The notes beneath the pieces are model-generated. The model was not told the origin of the DNA. It saw only the letters and a list, made by a program, of their open reading frames with translations, and ran no database searches. DNA of 64,000 nt from Promethearchaeia archaeon (lineage in GTDB: Archaea; Asgardarchaeota; Lokiarchaeia; Sigyniarchaeales; SOKP01), in the NCBI GenBank assembly GCA_029856145.1, contig JAHQWK010000024.1, forward strand, positions 43,131 to 107,130, read 5' to 3'. The number at the start of each line of letters is the position of its first letter. Position 1 is the stretch's first letter. Both the position numbers and the translations under genes were made by a program. Shown here piece by piece: positions 18,214 to 28,886 of this stretch.

Positions 18214-19179
18214 TTGATAAAAATGAATGCTATAGAGGTAAAAAATCTAATAAAATATTATGACAAAGGAAAAATTAAAGCTGTAGATGATATTTCATTT
18301 GAAGTGCCTCGAGGCTCTCGATTTGGTTATTTAGGACCAAATGGAGCTGGAAAAACTACCACGATTCGATGTATACTTGGTTTTCTCAACGCAGATGCGG
18401 GAGATATTACAATATTAGGTGAAAAGATTAATCCAAAAAAAGATGTAAAAATTCGGAATCATATTGGATATTTACCCGGCGAATTGGGACTATATAAAAA
18501 TATGACCGCAAATGATTTGATTAATTATTTTGCGAAGCTCTATGATATTGAAATAGATTGGAATTTTGTTAAAGAAGTAACAGAACGTCTTAAATTAGAT
18601 ATGAATCGAAAATTGGGCGTATTAAGCAAAGGTAATAAACAAAAAGTTGGTGTATTATCAGCTCTTATGGGAAAATTTGATGTGCTTATTATGGATGAAC
18701 CCACTTCAGGACTTGACCCATTGATGCAATTAGAATTTTATCGAATTGTATCTGAGAGACAGAAAGAATCAAAATGCACCGTATTTCTTTGTAGCCATGT
18801 GCTCGCAGAGGTAGAAAAATTCTGTGATAGAGTTGCAATCATAAAGAAAGGAAAAATTGCTGAAATATCTGATGTAAATGATCTAAAAGCAAAAAATTTG
18901 AAACATATAGAATTGATTTTTGAAACTCCAGGTAGTATGGAAGCATTTAAATCTCTTTTAGAAACTGAATATTCTGAATCAATCATAAAATATGAATTCC
19001 AGACTCAACTTGAATTTTTATTACCCCCTCATCAAGCCCGGAAAATATTATGTGAAATTAGCGAAAGAGACTGGGGTGGTGTTCCTGTAAAAGACTTCTC
19101 GATTAGACATTCCACACTAGAGAATATTTTTATGCAATATTATGAAGAGGGCAAATCAAAAGGAGGTAAAATCGCATGA
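18214..19179 (+). CDS. ABC-2 type exporter ATP-binding subunit
   Basis: Walker A GPNGAGKTT, signature LSKGNKQK, Walker B LIMDEPTSGLDP, H-loop CSH. Confidence 0.95.
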   Translation: MIKMNAIEVKNLIKYYDKGKIKAVDDISFEVPRGSRFGYLGPNGAGKTTTIRCILGFLNADAGDITILGEKINPKKDVKIRNHIGYLPGELGLYKNMTANDLINYFAKLYDIEIDWNFVKEVTERLKLDMNRKLGVLSKGNKQKVGVLSALMGKFDVLIMDEPTSGLDPLMQLEFYRIVSERQKESKCTVFLCSHVLAEVEKFCDRVAIIKKGKIAEISDVNDLKAKNLKHIELIFETPGSMEAFKSLLETEYSESIIKYEFQTQLEFLLPPHQARKILCEISERDWGGVPVKDFSIRHSTLENIFMQYYEEGKSKGGKIA

Positions 19180-19991
19180 AAGTATTGCAGATTGTATGGA
19201 AAGAATTAAAGAAGGATTACAAAAGTCTCTTAATTTTCACAGGTATTATGTCCCTTTTCTTCATGTGGTTTGTAACTTTTTTTGATCCTGAGCTATTTGC
19301 GGGTTTGGAGGAAGTTTTTGAGAGTTATCCGGAAGCAATCCGACAGATGATTGGAGAGTTTTATAATCTCGCTGAATTTGGAGGTTTTCTTAACGTTTAT
19401 TTATTTTCAATGTCGTGGTTCTACTTTGGAATATATTTTATTTTAAAGTCAGCACAGAACATCCCAAAAGAGATAGAGGATAAAACAATTGATTTGGTGT
19501 TGTCAAAGCCTATCCCACGGACGGAGTTTACTCTAGGTAAGTATCTAACCCATATAATCGAAATATTATTAATTTATTATGGTGTCATGATGAGCGTTCT
19601 TTTAGGAATATTGATATTTCCATCTGTAACTATCAATGGTATCTTTTTGAATGAAATAATTTTCGCATTTCTATATAATTTTATTTTTATGGTTACATTA
19701 ATAAGTACGGGGTTCTGTTTCTCTACTTTCTTATCTTCTAAAAAGGCATTAGCTTTAGGGTTAGGGGTGGTGATATTTTTCTACGCTGTAGGTCAATTTT
19801 GGAAATCATTTCCCGAAGTAGCACAAGAAATTAAACGTATCAGCATATTTTTCTATTCAGACATGTCAAATCTTCTCGTAAATCATGTTTGGGATAACGT
19901 CGGATTACATATTTTAGTCCTTTTAGGCTATTCTGTAGTATTAACAACATCTTCGGTTATAATATTTAATAAACGGGATATTCCCGTCTAA
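19176..19991 (+). CDS. ABC-2 type exporter permease
   Basis: Six TM segments; EIEDKTIDLVLSKPIPR...GKY motif; C-terminal FNKRDI; ATGA overlap with the ATPase gene. Confidence 0.92.
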   Translation: MKVLQIVWKELKKDYKSLLIFTGIMSLFFMWFVTFFDPELFAGLEEVFESYPEAIRQMIGEFYNLAEFGGFLNVYLFSMSWFYFGIYFILKSAQNIPKEIEDKTIDLVLSKPIPRTEFTLGKYLTHIIEILLIYYGVMMSVLLGILIFPSVTINGIFLNEIIFAFLYNFIFMVTLISTGFCFSTFLSSKKALALGLGVVIFFYAVGQFWKSFPEVAQEIKRISIFFYSDMSNLLVNHVWDNVGLHILVLLGYSVVLTTSSVIIFNKRDIPV

Positions 19992-20004
19992 ATTTATATT
20001 ATTC

Positions 20005-20016
20005 TTTTTTTTTTTT
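20005..20016 (+). terminator. Oligo-T archaeal-type terminator
   Basis: T12 run 13 nt after the permease stop codon. Confidence 0.5.
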
Positions 20017-20172
20017 AAATCCTATAGGCTAATAATTAGTTTAGAAATACTAATTAAATAGTCAATACCAAAAATTTATAAGTTTGTCATAATACGAATA
20101 TCTTTAATATTATAACATCTATTTTTACGTTATAATAAGAATATTATATTAGATCTTTAACGAGGTTAACAA

Positions 20173-21639
20173 ATGTCGAATTTCCGTGAAAAAATACATT
20201 CAAAAGAGCTTATAGCTACATTTGATGATGTACTAATACTACCCGGATTCACGAATTTCTCGCCTTCAGAGGTTAATATATCTTCAAACTTAGGAAAATA
20301 TCATCTTAAACTTCCTATATTATCATCGGCGATGGATACAGTCACTGAAGAAAGTATGGCAATCAATATGGCTTTACGAGGTGGTCTTGGAGTTTTACAT
20401 CGTAATTGCTCTTATGAAAGGCAATTAGAAATGGTAAGAATTGTTAAGCGAGCTAGATCTTTTGTAATTGACGACGTAGCAACAATTAGTCCTAATGCTA
20501 AAGTCACTAAAGCAAAATATATGATGGATAATTATAATATAAGCGGGATCGTAGTAGTAAATGAAGCTAAGAAAGTATGTGGCATTTTTACCAAGCGCGA
20601 CATTCCTTTCTTTGAAAAAGATATACAAAATGGGACAATTAAAGACTATATGACCAAGGATGTAATTTCCATCAATCCTGGAGCTTCGAGAGAAGAAGCA
20701 CTGAAAGTTTTATACGAGTCACGTAAAGAGAAGTTACCCATTATAGATAAAGATGGTCTGTTGAAAGGGTTAATAACAAAGAAAGATTTAGCTCCAGAAT
20801 TTCCATTCGCTTCTAAAGATAATGAAGGACATTTATTATGTGCTTTAGCATTATCCCCAAAATTCCCAGAATCCTCTCAAGCTCAAGAATTATTGAAGGA
20901 AATTGATAAATATGTTGATATATTTTTTATAGACGTTGCTGATTTTTATAAAAAAGATGATATCGAAGGCACTATAAAGTTAATGAGACTTTTGGAATCT
21001 GATTTTGTTTTAGGGAATATTGGCACTTACCAAGCTGCTGAATATTTAATCTCAAAATGCGATTTTGTAGAGGAACGGTTTATTGGATTAAAGGTGGGAA
21101 TGGGTTCGGGGTCAATTTGCACAACTTCGATACAAACTGGTGTAGGAGCTCCAACTCTATTTGCCACAGCGCAAGTAGCTGATGCTATACAAGATTATAA
21201 TCAGAAATTATCTTTAATTGCGGATGGTGGTTTCACCAAACCAGGTGATTTACCAAAAGCATTTGCTGCAGGTGCAGATTTGATAATGTCAGGGCATTTC
21301 TTTGCTGGTACTGATGAATCTCCTGGTTTTATAGATACCATTGCTGGAAGAAAGGTAAAAATTTATCGTGGTATGGGGAGTAAAGATGCGAGAGTGTCAG
21401 GTTATATAGCAGATCGTTATATAGAAGGCTCGAAAATGCTAACTGAAGGTGTTAGTGATTATGTAGCCTATGTGGGAGATGTAACTGGTGTTTTAGCAAC
21501 TTTGAAAGAAGGATTATCTAATGGAATGATTTATGCTGGTGCGGGATCTATTGAAGAGATGAAAAAAGCATCACTTGGAATTGTCTCAATTGTTGGGCAG
21601 CGTGAAACATCACCACACGATCTTATTGGCAAGTTTTAA
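20173..21639 (+). CDS. guaB: IMP dehydrogenase with CBS pair
   Basis: TFDDVLILPG, SAMDTVTE, catalytic GSGSICTT, ADGG, YRGMGS, flap DRY and EGV motifs. Confidence 0.93.
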   Translation: MSNFREKIHSKELIATFDDVLILPGFTNFSPSEVNISSNLGKYHLKLPILSSAMDTVTEESMAINMALRGGLGVLHRNCSYERQLEMVRIVKRARSFVIDDVATISPNAKVTKAKYMMDNYNISGIVVVNEAKKVCGIFTKRDIPFFEKDIQNGTIKDYMTKDVISINPGASREEALKVLYESRKEKLPIIDKDGLLKGLITKKDLAPEFPFASKDNEGHLLCALALSPKFPESSQAQELLKEIDKYVDIFFIDVADFYKKDDIEGTIKLMRLLESDFVLGNIGTYQAAEYLISKCDFVEERFIGLKVGMGSGSICTTSIQTGVGAPTLFATAQVADAIQDYNQKLSLIADGGFTKPGDLPKAFAAGADLIMSGHFFAGTDESPGFIDTIAGRKVKIYRGMGSKDARVSGYIADRYIEGSKMLTEGVSDYVAYVGDVTGVLATLKEGLSNGMIYAGAGSIEEMKKASLGIVSIVGQRETSPHDLIGKF

Positions 21640-21695
21640 ACACTTGATATTAAATATAAAATATAAAAGAAAAAAAAATTAGGATTTAGAATAAT

Positions 21696-22127
21696 CTATG
21701 GACTTACCATAAGTTGTTTTTTATCAAAGTCCTCTGGATTTCCACCTTCTTCAAGAAAGTCTACATAATTCTTTAGGCCTTTTAAAACTAAATCTGCAGT
21801 TTTTTCATAGCCTTTCCTAAGTTTCTTATTTTCAAATTCCGTCCATATAGTCACTTCAGTAAGTTCTCCTTTTGGTTCAACAATATAGCCTATTGAATCC
21901 ATATCGCTGTTCTCCATTTTCCATGTCACATGTTCATTTTCAACAGTTTCTGTATCTACAATTAAGATATCCCCCAAACTAGATTTTAAAAGAAATTTTT
22001 GACCTTCTTCTTTTTCGATTACCTCATCAAGGGCTAAATTCCATCTTGGTGTATTTTCCCCATCAATTACAATATCATAAAGTCTTTTAGGGGTTGAATT
22101 AATTTCAATTTTTTTCTCAGCTCTCAT
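21696..22127 (-). CDS. SRPBCC/START-like family protein
   Basis: EKKIEINSTPKRLYDIVIDGENTPRWN start and C-terminal LKGLKNYVD helix. Confidence 0.75.
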   Translation of the reverse strand: MRAEKKIEINSTPKRLYDIVIDGENTPRWNLALDEVIEKEEGQKFLLKSSLGDILIVDTETVENEHVTWKMENSDMDSIGYIVEPKGELTEVTIWTEFENKKLRKGYEKTADLVLKGLKNYVDFLEEGGNPEDFDKKQLMVSP

Positions 22128-22345
22128 ATAAAAATTACCTCCATTTGATTTCGGATAAAATTTATGTCACCATTGTTTTTATACATTTGTGTCGATATTT
22201 AAAATGGAAGGAAGTTCTTAAATTTTAAAATATTAACCTTAATTTCACTTATTAAAGCTCTATTAATTAAGTTTTAACAACAGTAAACTTTTCTTTGTTA
22301 TTATTACTTCTATTATATAAATAAACTAGAATAAATTGAATTTAT

Positions 22346-23947
22346 ATGAAATCTATAAAAAGAGCAATTGTTAGCGTCTTCGATAAAAGTGGAGTCATTG
22401 AGTTTGTTAAAGTATTAGTTAATGAATTTGAAATTGAAATTTTATCTACAGGTGGTACTGGGAAATTATTAGAAGAAAATGGAATTGATTATATTAAAAT
22501 TTCAGATTATACTGAATCCCCTGAGATGTTTAACGGGCGAGTAAAAACTCTTCATCCAAGAATAGAAGGAGGTATACTTTTTCGGAGAGAGATCAGTAAA
22601 GATGTTCAAGATGCTGATAAGTATAATATACAACCAATTGATATGGTTATCTGTAATTTATATCAATTCAAGGAGGCTATTGCAAAACCCAACACAACAT
22701 TAGAAGAAGCTCTGGAACTAATTGATATTGGTGGGCCAACTATGATCCGAGCAGCAGCTAAGAACTTTCCAGATGTAGTAGTTATCCCAAGTCCAAAATA
22801 TTATGACAAAATTTTAAAGGAACTAAGAGATTCTGGGGGAATTAGTGATAAAACAAGAGCTAAATTAGCTCAGGATGTTTTTACGATAATGGCAGATTAC
22901 GATGCATCAATTGCGAACTATTTACAGAGTTATTATAATCCAAATCTAATCATGGGGGGACATTTAATCAAAGTTTTTGAAAAGGTTCAAGATTGTCGCT
23001 ATGGTGAGAATTGGGATCAAACAGCAGCTTATTATCGAGATTCCTCATCGAAGTATGGACTTCACAACCTTAAACAAATTAGTGGAAAACAAATATCATT
23101 TAATAATTATTTAGATATAGACTCTTGTATGCAAATCCTTTTAGATTTCGGCACTCAGCATTATGTGACGGCAATTTTAAAGCATACAAGTCCAAATGGT
23201 GTAGCTATTGATAAAAAAGATCAATTAATATCGGTAAAAAAGGCATTTAGTACAGATCCTCTATCTGCATTTGGAGGAATTTGGGGCGTTAACAAAGAAC
23301 TAACAAAGAAAGTTGCAGATTTTATTGTAAATAAAGAAAAAATCTTCGTAGAAGTTTTAATAGCACCCTCTTTCGAACAAGAAGCTTTAGAAATATTAAA
23401 ACAAAAAGAAAATCTAAGAATTATAGAATGTAAAGATTTCCTTAATAAAAGAAATAAGATATATAAAGAACCAGAAATTAGGGGAGTACTAGGAGGCGTC
23501 CTTGTTCAAGAATATGATTGTAAACCAATTATTAAAGAATGGAATGTAGTTAGTAAAAGAAAGGTAGATGAAACTGAAAAAGAAGCTTTAATATTTGCCT
23601 ATAAAGTTTCAAAATGGACTAAATCGAATTCAGCATGTTTTGCTCAAGTCTATGATGATGGGCTTTACACATTAGGAATCGGTGCTGGACAACATAGTAG
23701 AGTTCATGTAGTTAAGCTAGCTGCCCAAAAAGCAATAGAATTTGGACATAAAGAAGAACTTAAGAACTCTGTTATGGGTACAGATTCTTTTTTTCCTTTT
23801 CCTGATGGTTTAGAGGTATCAGTAGAATCTGGTGCTAAAGCAATTATTAATCCTGGAGGTTCTATGCGGGACGATATGGTAATTAAACGAGCAGATGAAT
23901 TAGATTGTGCTTTAGTATTCTGTGGCAAAAGAGTTTTTAGACATTAA
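22346..23947 (+). CDS. purH: Bifunctional AICAR formyltransferase/IMP cyclohydrolase
   Basis: RAIVSVFDKSG, STGGT, GRVKTLHP, IDIGGPTMIRAAAKN, DSFFPFPDG and RVFRH motifs. Confidence 0.96.
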   Translation: MKSIKRAIVSVFDKSGVIEFVKVLVNEFEIEILSTGGTGKLLEENGIDYIKISDYTESPEMFNGRVKTLHPRIEGGILFRREISKDVQDADKYNIQPIDMVICNLYQFKEAIAKPNTTLEEALELIDIGGPTMIRAAAKNFPDVVVIPSPKYYDKILKELRDSGGISDKTRAKLAQDVFTIMADYDASIANYLQSYYNPNLIMGGHLIKVFEKVQDCRYGENWDQTAAYYRDSSSKYGLHNLKQISGKQISFNNYLDIDSCMQILLDFGTQHYVTAILKHTSPNGVAIDKKDQLISVKKAFSTDPLSAFGGIWGVNKELTKKVADFIVNKEKIFVEVLIAPSFEQEALEILKQKENLRIIECKDFLNKRNKIYKEPEIRGVLGGVLVQEYDCKPIIKEWNVVSKRKVDETEKEALIFAYKVSKWTKSNSACFAQVYDDGLYTLGIGAGQHSRVHVVKLAAQKAIEFGHKEELKNSVMGTDSFFPFPDGLEVSVESGAKAIINPGGSMRDDMVIKRADELDCALVFCGKRVFRH

Positions 23948-24202
23948 ATTTAACGTTTCTAATATTTATCTTCTTGATGAAATATAGTTTTTGGATAATA
24001 TTATACAAGTTTAACTATTATATTATTTGAGGAATTGATAGATTTAAACTTTAATATAAACATTTTTTTTTTCAAAAAAACTATATATGTAAAAAAAAAT
24101 TAAATTATTATACGTAAAAAAAATCAAATTGACTTTTTAATTTGATATTTTAAATGAGGAGAGAATTTCTAAACGTATATTAATAAGGGAGCTCTTTTAA
24201 AA

Positions 24203-24484
24203 ATGGATTTTTTTCAGAAGAATTTAAAAGAAACAGTAGAAGCGATTAATAAATTAATAGATAAAAATGTAACTATCGTAAATACTAAAAGGATAAGAAG
24301 ATGTAATAATATCAAATCTTCAAATCGTTCTAAGATTAATTTTATTTGGAGAGCTTTAAATTACCTTGAAAACCAAGGAATTTTAACCTTGAATGGTATC
24401 ACAAATCCAAAAACTTATAAAATTATCACTAATGAAAAAATTGATATTGATGATTTCCTTTCTCAAAACAGTAAAAGTAAATAG
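24203..24484 (+). CDS. Small basic winged-helix-like protein
   Basis: FIWRALNYLENQGILTL...PKTYKI recognition helix plus wing. Confidence 0.6.
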   Translation: MDFFQKNLKETVEAINKLIDKNVTIVNTKRIRRCNNIKSSNRSKINFIWRALNYLENQGILTLNGITNPKTYKIITNEKIDIDDFLSQNSKSK

Positions 24485-24491
24485 AAAAAGT

Positions 24492-27224
24492 TTATTTTAG
24501 ATCTAATTCATCTAGCAGTTCGTTAAATTTGCTATTAGACTCCTTATTATCTGGATTATTTATCAATCTTTTTTGGTAAAATATCATATTTGGATATTTC
24601 AATTCGATTTTATTATATCTTTTTACCCACGTATTAAAATTATTTAAAAGTTCGTAAACTTCAGGATCCTCTTCTAAGGATTTTATTTCATCTTTCTTTT
24701 CTTTTGAGAGAATATTTTTATACTGTTTTACACTAAAACCTTGATCTTCTAATAACTTTTTATTAGTACTACGAATAAACCCTTCCAAACCGCTTCTCCA
24801 ATAAACATACTTCTCATTAATTTTATCAATAGTTTCTTGAATTATTTTTATCTCTTGTGGAAAGATTGTTTCTTCTTTCTTAGTTAGAATCTTTTTAATT
24901 TTTTGGAATTCCGTTTCAAACTTTTTAATGTAATTATTAACCATTTTTTCAAATTCAAATAGAACTATATTATAGTCTTTCGCAAATAATACCTCATTAC
25001 TAGAAAAAGTTAATGTTTCTTCATCAAAATTTCCTCTTATCTTTCTTTTACTAACTAAATCATCAAAAATTTCTTTCAATAAATCAATTTCTTCTTGATT
25101 TAATTCCTTACCATAAAATAAATCATGGAAAGAAAAAAGAAAACTGTTTTCTAGCATCAGGTTACGAATTCCTCGTTCTGTATAAAAAATAATTTCTCCC
25201 TCATTTTCATGAAAAATGCCCTTTAGCTTTCCATCTAGTAACAAATCATTCATCAAATCTTCAACTAGGGTTGATTGGATAAATTTCATAGTTCCTAGTG
25301 ATATATAATCATCTGATTTAGATTTGTCAATTAACATATATTTGATTTCATTCTTAGCTTCTTCTATTTTCTGGGGATTAAATATTAAAAAATCTACCTT
25401 TCTGAAATAATGAATATCCAAATCATCGACAAATGTCAAAAAAACATCTAGTTCCATCCCAGTTTTTTGGAGATATTCCTTTAATTTTATTTGGTCTTTT
25501 TGTTTTATTTCTTCTGCAATTAACTGTAAGTTTTCATCGATTTTAGATAAAATATGATTTTTATCAATGTTTAGTTCCTTAGAGATTTTTTCAATTTGAT
25601 TTAATTTTTCCTTTTCATCAGATACTAAACTAATCTCATTGATTGTATCTTTCAAATATTTAGAATAATAAAAAATGTTTTTTTTCTTATTCCAAATCCC
25701 ACTTCTATAATCTACAAACTGATCAAATACATCTAATAGTAAAAGTTCTCCTATATTTAGTTTATCTGAGATTTTAGAAATATTAAAATAACCTACAATT
25801 TTAGAATTTTGAACCTCATTAGTTATTTTTTGGGTCCCTAGGTTAGTCAACCACTGTGTTCCTTTATGAAATTTCGATAAATACTCTCTAGGCATATTTT
25901 TTATTAATTTTATGAAATCTTCCTCTAATAGTATCTCTCGATATGTTTTTAATTCTATAATACTCTTTTTTGCAGCTTCAGAATTAATTTGATCTTTAAT
26001 TTGCTTTAATGAGGTATACAGTTCCAGATCTTTGTGTCTTAAAAATTTACGATTTGTAGATTTAGAAATATCCTTAATGATTTTATCAATAAAATTATGT
26101 GGAAGAAAGTTATAATTCTTTATACTCATAGATCCGTTTATTTGTAAATCTTCTAAGAATTTTGACTTAACATAATTTGATGGATAAAAAAACCCAATAT
26201 TAGAATAGTACCCATCAATTATTTTTAAGTTATTTAATGTTTTGATAAAAATTTTTAGTTCTGAATGGTCATCTATAACCTGAGAAAAAGTATTACGAAT
26301 ATTTTCATCAGATATTTTTATTTTTTGTTCAAAGAATCTCTTTAATTTGCTTTTTTCTAATTCGTAAATATATAATATATTTTCTTTTGTTTTTATATAG
26401 AAATAGACTTTTTCATCCTTTAGCTTAGATTTTGCAAAGTTCTTTAAATATTCTTTTAATTTTAAGTCCGTGTTTTTACTTATTTCAGTATAATTGGTCT
26501 TTTTCATTAAAAATTGATTTTCTAATAAATTTACTATTTTTTTAGCTTCTTGGTTCTCCAAATCAAATTTGCTAAGCTGTGGATATAACTTTTTTATTAA
26601 ACTTATTAATTTATTAAATATTTTAGAGGTTTTTTTCTCTTCAAGTAGAGTAATTAATGAATTTGAAATATTTCTAAAGGTATATAAATGATCAAATTCA
26701 AAATCCTCGCATTTTTCTAGTAAATTTAATAGAGAAATGATATTGTCGGTTTTTCTTTCAATGTTAAGACTCTTTAAAATAATATCTATATTTTTTTTTG
26801 CTAATTCTGGTTTTATTTCAACTAATTTTAGTAAAAAGTAGTGTATATTATTTCTAATATCTTCAAATTCATCTAATAGGAATTTTACAAATTCCTGGGA
26901 ATATTTTTCCATATAATTAGAATTTGCTAACATTGCAAATCCAATAACAATCAGTGAATTACTTTTTAATTTAATATTTTCAGAGTGAAGAAAAACCTCA
27001 ATTTTTTGTAGCAACTCTTCAGAAATGAGTTCTATTTTGTTTTCTGCTAAAATAGATAGAATATATGTAATAACAACATTATTTTCTTGTTCTAATAAGT
27101 CTTCAAGCTCGGTAATTATTTTTAATATTTTATCTGTTTTATTTTTGCTTAAATACTTATTTAGTTTATCTACTTTTTCAAAGATTACACTGTCCTCAAA
27201 TTCTTCGAGATTAAACATATTCAA
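24492..27224 (-). CDS. Large protein: N-terminal HEAT/ARM repeats, tandem PCI/UFL1-like winged helices, C-terminal coiled coil
   Basis: HEAT-like FLHSENIKLKSNSL and LLDEFEDIRNN; wHTH-like LMNDLLLDGKLKGIF and FDDLVSKRKIRGNFD. Confidence 0.6.
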   Translation of the reverse strand: MNMFNLEEFEDSVIFEKVDKLNKYLSKNKTDKILKIITELEDLLEQENNVVITYILSILAENKIELISEELLQKIEVFLHSENIKLKSNSLIVIGFAMLANSNYMEKYSQEFVKFLLDEFEDIRNNIHYFLLKLVEIKPELAKKNIDIILKSLNIERKTDNIISLLNLLEKCEDFEFDHLYTFRNISNSLITLLEEKKTSKIFNKLISLIKKLYPQLSKFDLENQEAKKIVNLLENQFLMKKTNYTEISKNTDLKLKEYLKNFAKSKLKDEKVYFYIKTKENILYIYELEKSKLKRFFEQKIKISDENIRNTFSQVIDDHSELKIFIKTLNNLKIIDGYYSNIGFFYPSNYVKSKFLEDLQINGSMSIKNYNFLPHNFIDKIIKDISKSTNRKFLRHKDLELYTSLKQIKDQINSEAAKKSIIELKTYREILLEEDFIKLIKNMPREYLSKFHKGTQWLTNLGTQKITNEVQNSKIVGYFNISKISDKLNIGELLLLDVFDQFVDYRSGIWNKKKNIFYYSKYLKDTINEISLVSDEKEKLNQIEKISKELNIDKNHILSKIDENLQLIAEEIKQKDQIKLKEYLQKTGMELDVFLTFVDDLDIHYFRKVDFLIFNPQKIEEAKNEIKYMLIDKSKSDDYISLGTMKFIQSTLVEDLMNDLLLDGKLKGIFHENEGEIIFYTERGIRNLMLENSFLFSFHDLFYGKELNQEEIDLLKEIFDDLVSKRKIRGNFDEETLTFSSNEVLFAKDYNIVLFEFEKMVNNYIKKFETEFQKIKKILTKKEETIFPQEIKIIQETIDKINEKYVYWRSGLEGFIRSTNKKLLEDQGFSVKQYKNILSKEKKDEIKSLEEDPEVYELLNNFNTWVKRYNKIELKYPNMIFYQKRLINNPDNKESNSKFNELLDELDLK

Positions 27225-27237
27225 TGTTAAAGAGTGT

Positions 27238-27963
27238 TTAATTCAATAAGAATTTTTTGAAATGCTCAATTTCTAAAATGTTCTTTATCTCTGGAAGTAG
27301 ATAGGTGGGATTAGATTTTTCTAATCCCTCTTTTGTACCATGACCAGAAAGTAAAGCAATACTTTTGATATCTGCATTCTTAGCACATTCAATATCTGTG
27401 GGAAGATCACCGATATAATATGAATTGTTTTTATCTATTGAATAATTGATATTTTTCTTCATTTTCATTAATGCGGTAATAATTGGGTATGGATTAGGTT
27501 TTCTAAAGGGAGAATCGTCTCGGGAGATAAAGACAGAAAAATATTTATCTAAATTAAATTTCTTTCGAAAATAATCTAATCTTTTTTTACTCGTATTAGA
27601 GACAATTCCTAATTGAAATCCATTCTTTTTGAATTGGTTTAAAATTTGTTCTAGATTTGGTTTTAAAGTTTCAAATTTTTCAAGCTTCGGATACATACGT
27701 CTAAATTTAAGAAAGAATAGATTTCTTTTCCATATACTTGGAATAAATGGTTTGTATACTTTAGTAATTCGTTTTAAAGCCACCACTCTATTTTTTGAGT
27801 CAGATTCCTCAAAAAGTCTCGCAAAATCTATTAATCTCATATTTTCTATGTTTTTCCATCGATAAAACTCATTTTTAATTAACTTAGATGCCGTATATTC
27901 GAGAGATTTTTGAGTAATAATTACACCATCAAAATCAAATAGCAAAATTGGTGGATGAGACAT
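27238..27963 (-). CDS. HAD-superfamily phosphatase (phosphoglycolate phosphatase-like)
   Basis: FDFDGVI, VSN, KPNP and YIGDLPTD motifs. Confidence 0.92.
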   Translation of the reverse strand: MSHPPILLFDFDGVIITQKSLEYTASKLIKNEFYRWKNIENMRLIDFARLFEESDSKNRVVALKRITKVYKPFIPSIWKRNLFFLKFRRMYPKLEKFETLKPNLEQILNQFKKNGFQLGIVSNTSKKRLDYFRKKFNLDKYFSVFISRDDSPFRKPNPYPIITALMKMKKNINYSIDKNNSYYIGDLPTDIECAKNADIKSIALLSGHGTKEGLEKSNPTYLLPEIKNILEIEHFKKFLLN

Positions 27964-28066
27964 AAGTGTATTTTAAAGTGCTATTTAACACTTAAATTTA
28001 TCTATATTTGCTTTGGCATTAAAAGAATAAAAAATTAAAAAAAAGATTATAGGATTATTTTAAATT

Positions 28067-28735
28067 TTATTGATCTATTTCATCTGGTTCAACTGACACG
28101 TGAGAAAGCAACCAATCAAGTTGCTCTTCCTTTTTGTTAATATTGAGCACTGTGGGTAATATCATTACTTCATCTGCCTTTCCTGGCATTATCGTGAAGC
28201 GCCCGGCTCTGAGCATGAAAAACTCAAAGACATCTGGAATTTCCTTCTTAAATCGCAAGCTTTTTACTGGAAATCGCTCAGCTGAACTAAAGATCCCTTT
28301 TTTATGGATAATTTCGTTTCTTTCAATTTTATAATATTCAAATCTCGTGCTAATGACAATAATCCCTAATATAAAAGCTAATATTAACGTCATTAACATA
28401 TAGAATTCATAAGGTAATGCTATATCAATTTGTATTCCTGTAAATTCAAATGCATAAGTTGCCCCTAAGAAAACTACAACTAAAATAACGATTACAATAG
28501 CTAATATTAAAACGAAGAATTTAGTTGAAGAGAAATCGAAAGCAGTTACAAAAATATTTACAAAAAACACTATAAACCAAATATAACCCAAAACCATATT
28601 TGGAGTACCCATAATTGATTGGATCAGCCAGAGAATCAAGGAAATGACAAGCAAGGGATAGAAGAAGATAACTTTGGGATAAGTACGGAGAAAGATTTCA
28701 CTTGGGTGCTTAGGTTGTTTTTTTTGTTCAGACAT
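28067..28735 (-). CDS. 4-TM membrane protein with C-terminal bacterial PH-like domain
   Basis: Four TM segments followed by YYKIERNEIIHKKGIF...GRFTI. Confidence 0.6.
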   Translation of the reverse strand: MSEQKKQPKHPSEIFLRTYPKVIFFYPLLVISLILWLIQSIMGTPNMVLGYIWFIVFFVNIFVTAFDFSSTKFFVLILAIVIVILVVVFLGATYAFEFTGIQIDIALPYEFYMLMTLILAFILGIIVISTRFEYYKIERNEIIHKKGIFSSAERFPVKSLRFKKEIPDVFEFFMLRAGRFTIMPGKADEVMILPTVLNINKKEEQLDWLLSHVSVEPDEIDQ

Positions 28736-28886
28736 AATATATTTTCACTATTTTTTTTTAAAATTTAAAGAGGATTATAAAAATAATAGATAGATGTGTT
28801 ATTTAAATATTAGTATCTTTTAGATTTAATTTAAAAGGAGAATTTAAGGCGTTATAGACATGCTCGTGAGACTTTTGTAATTAACA

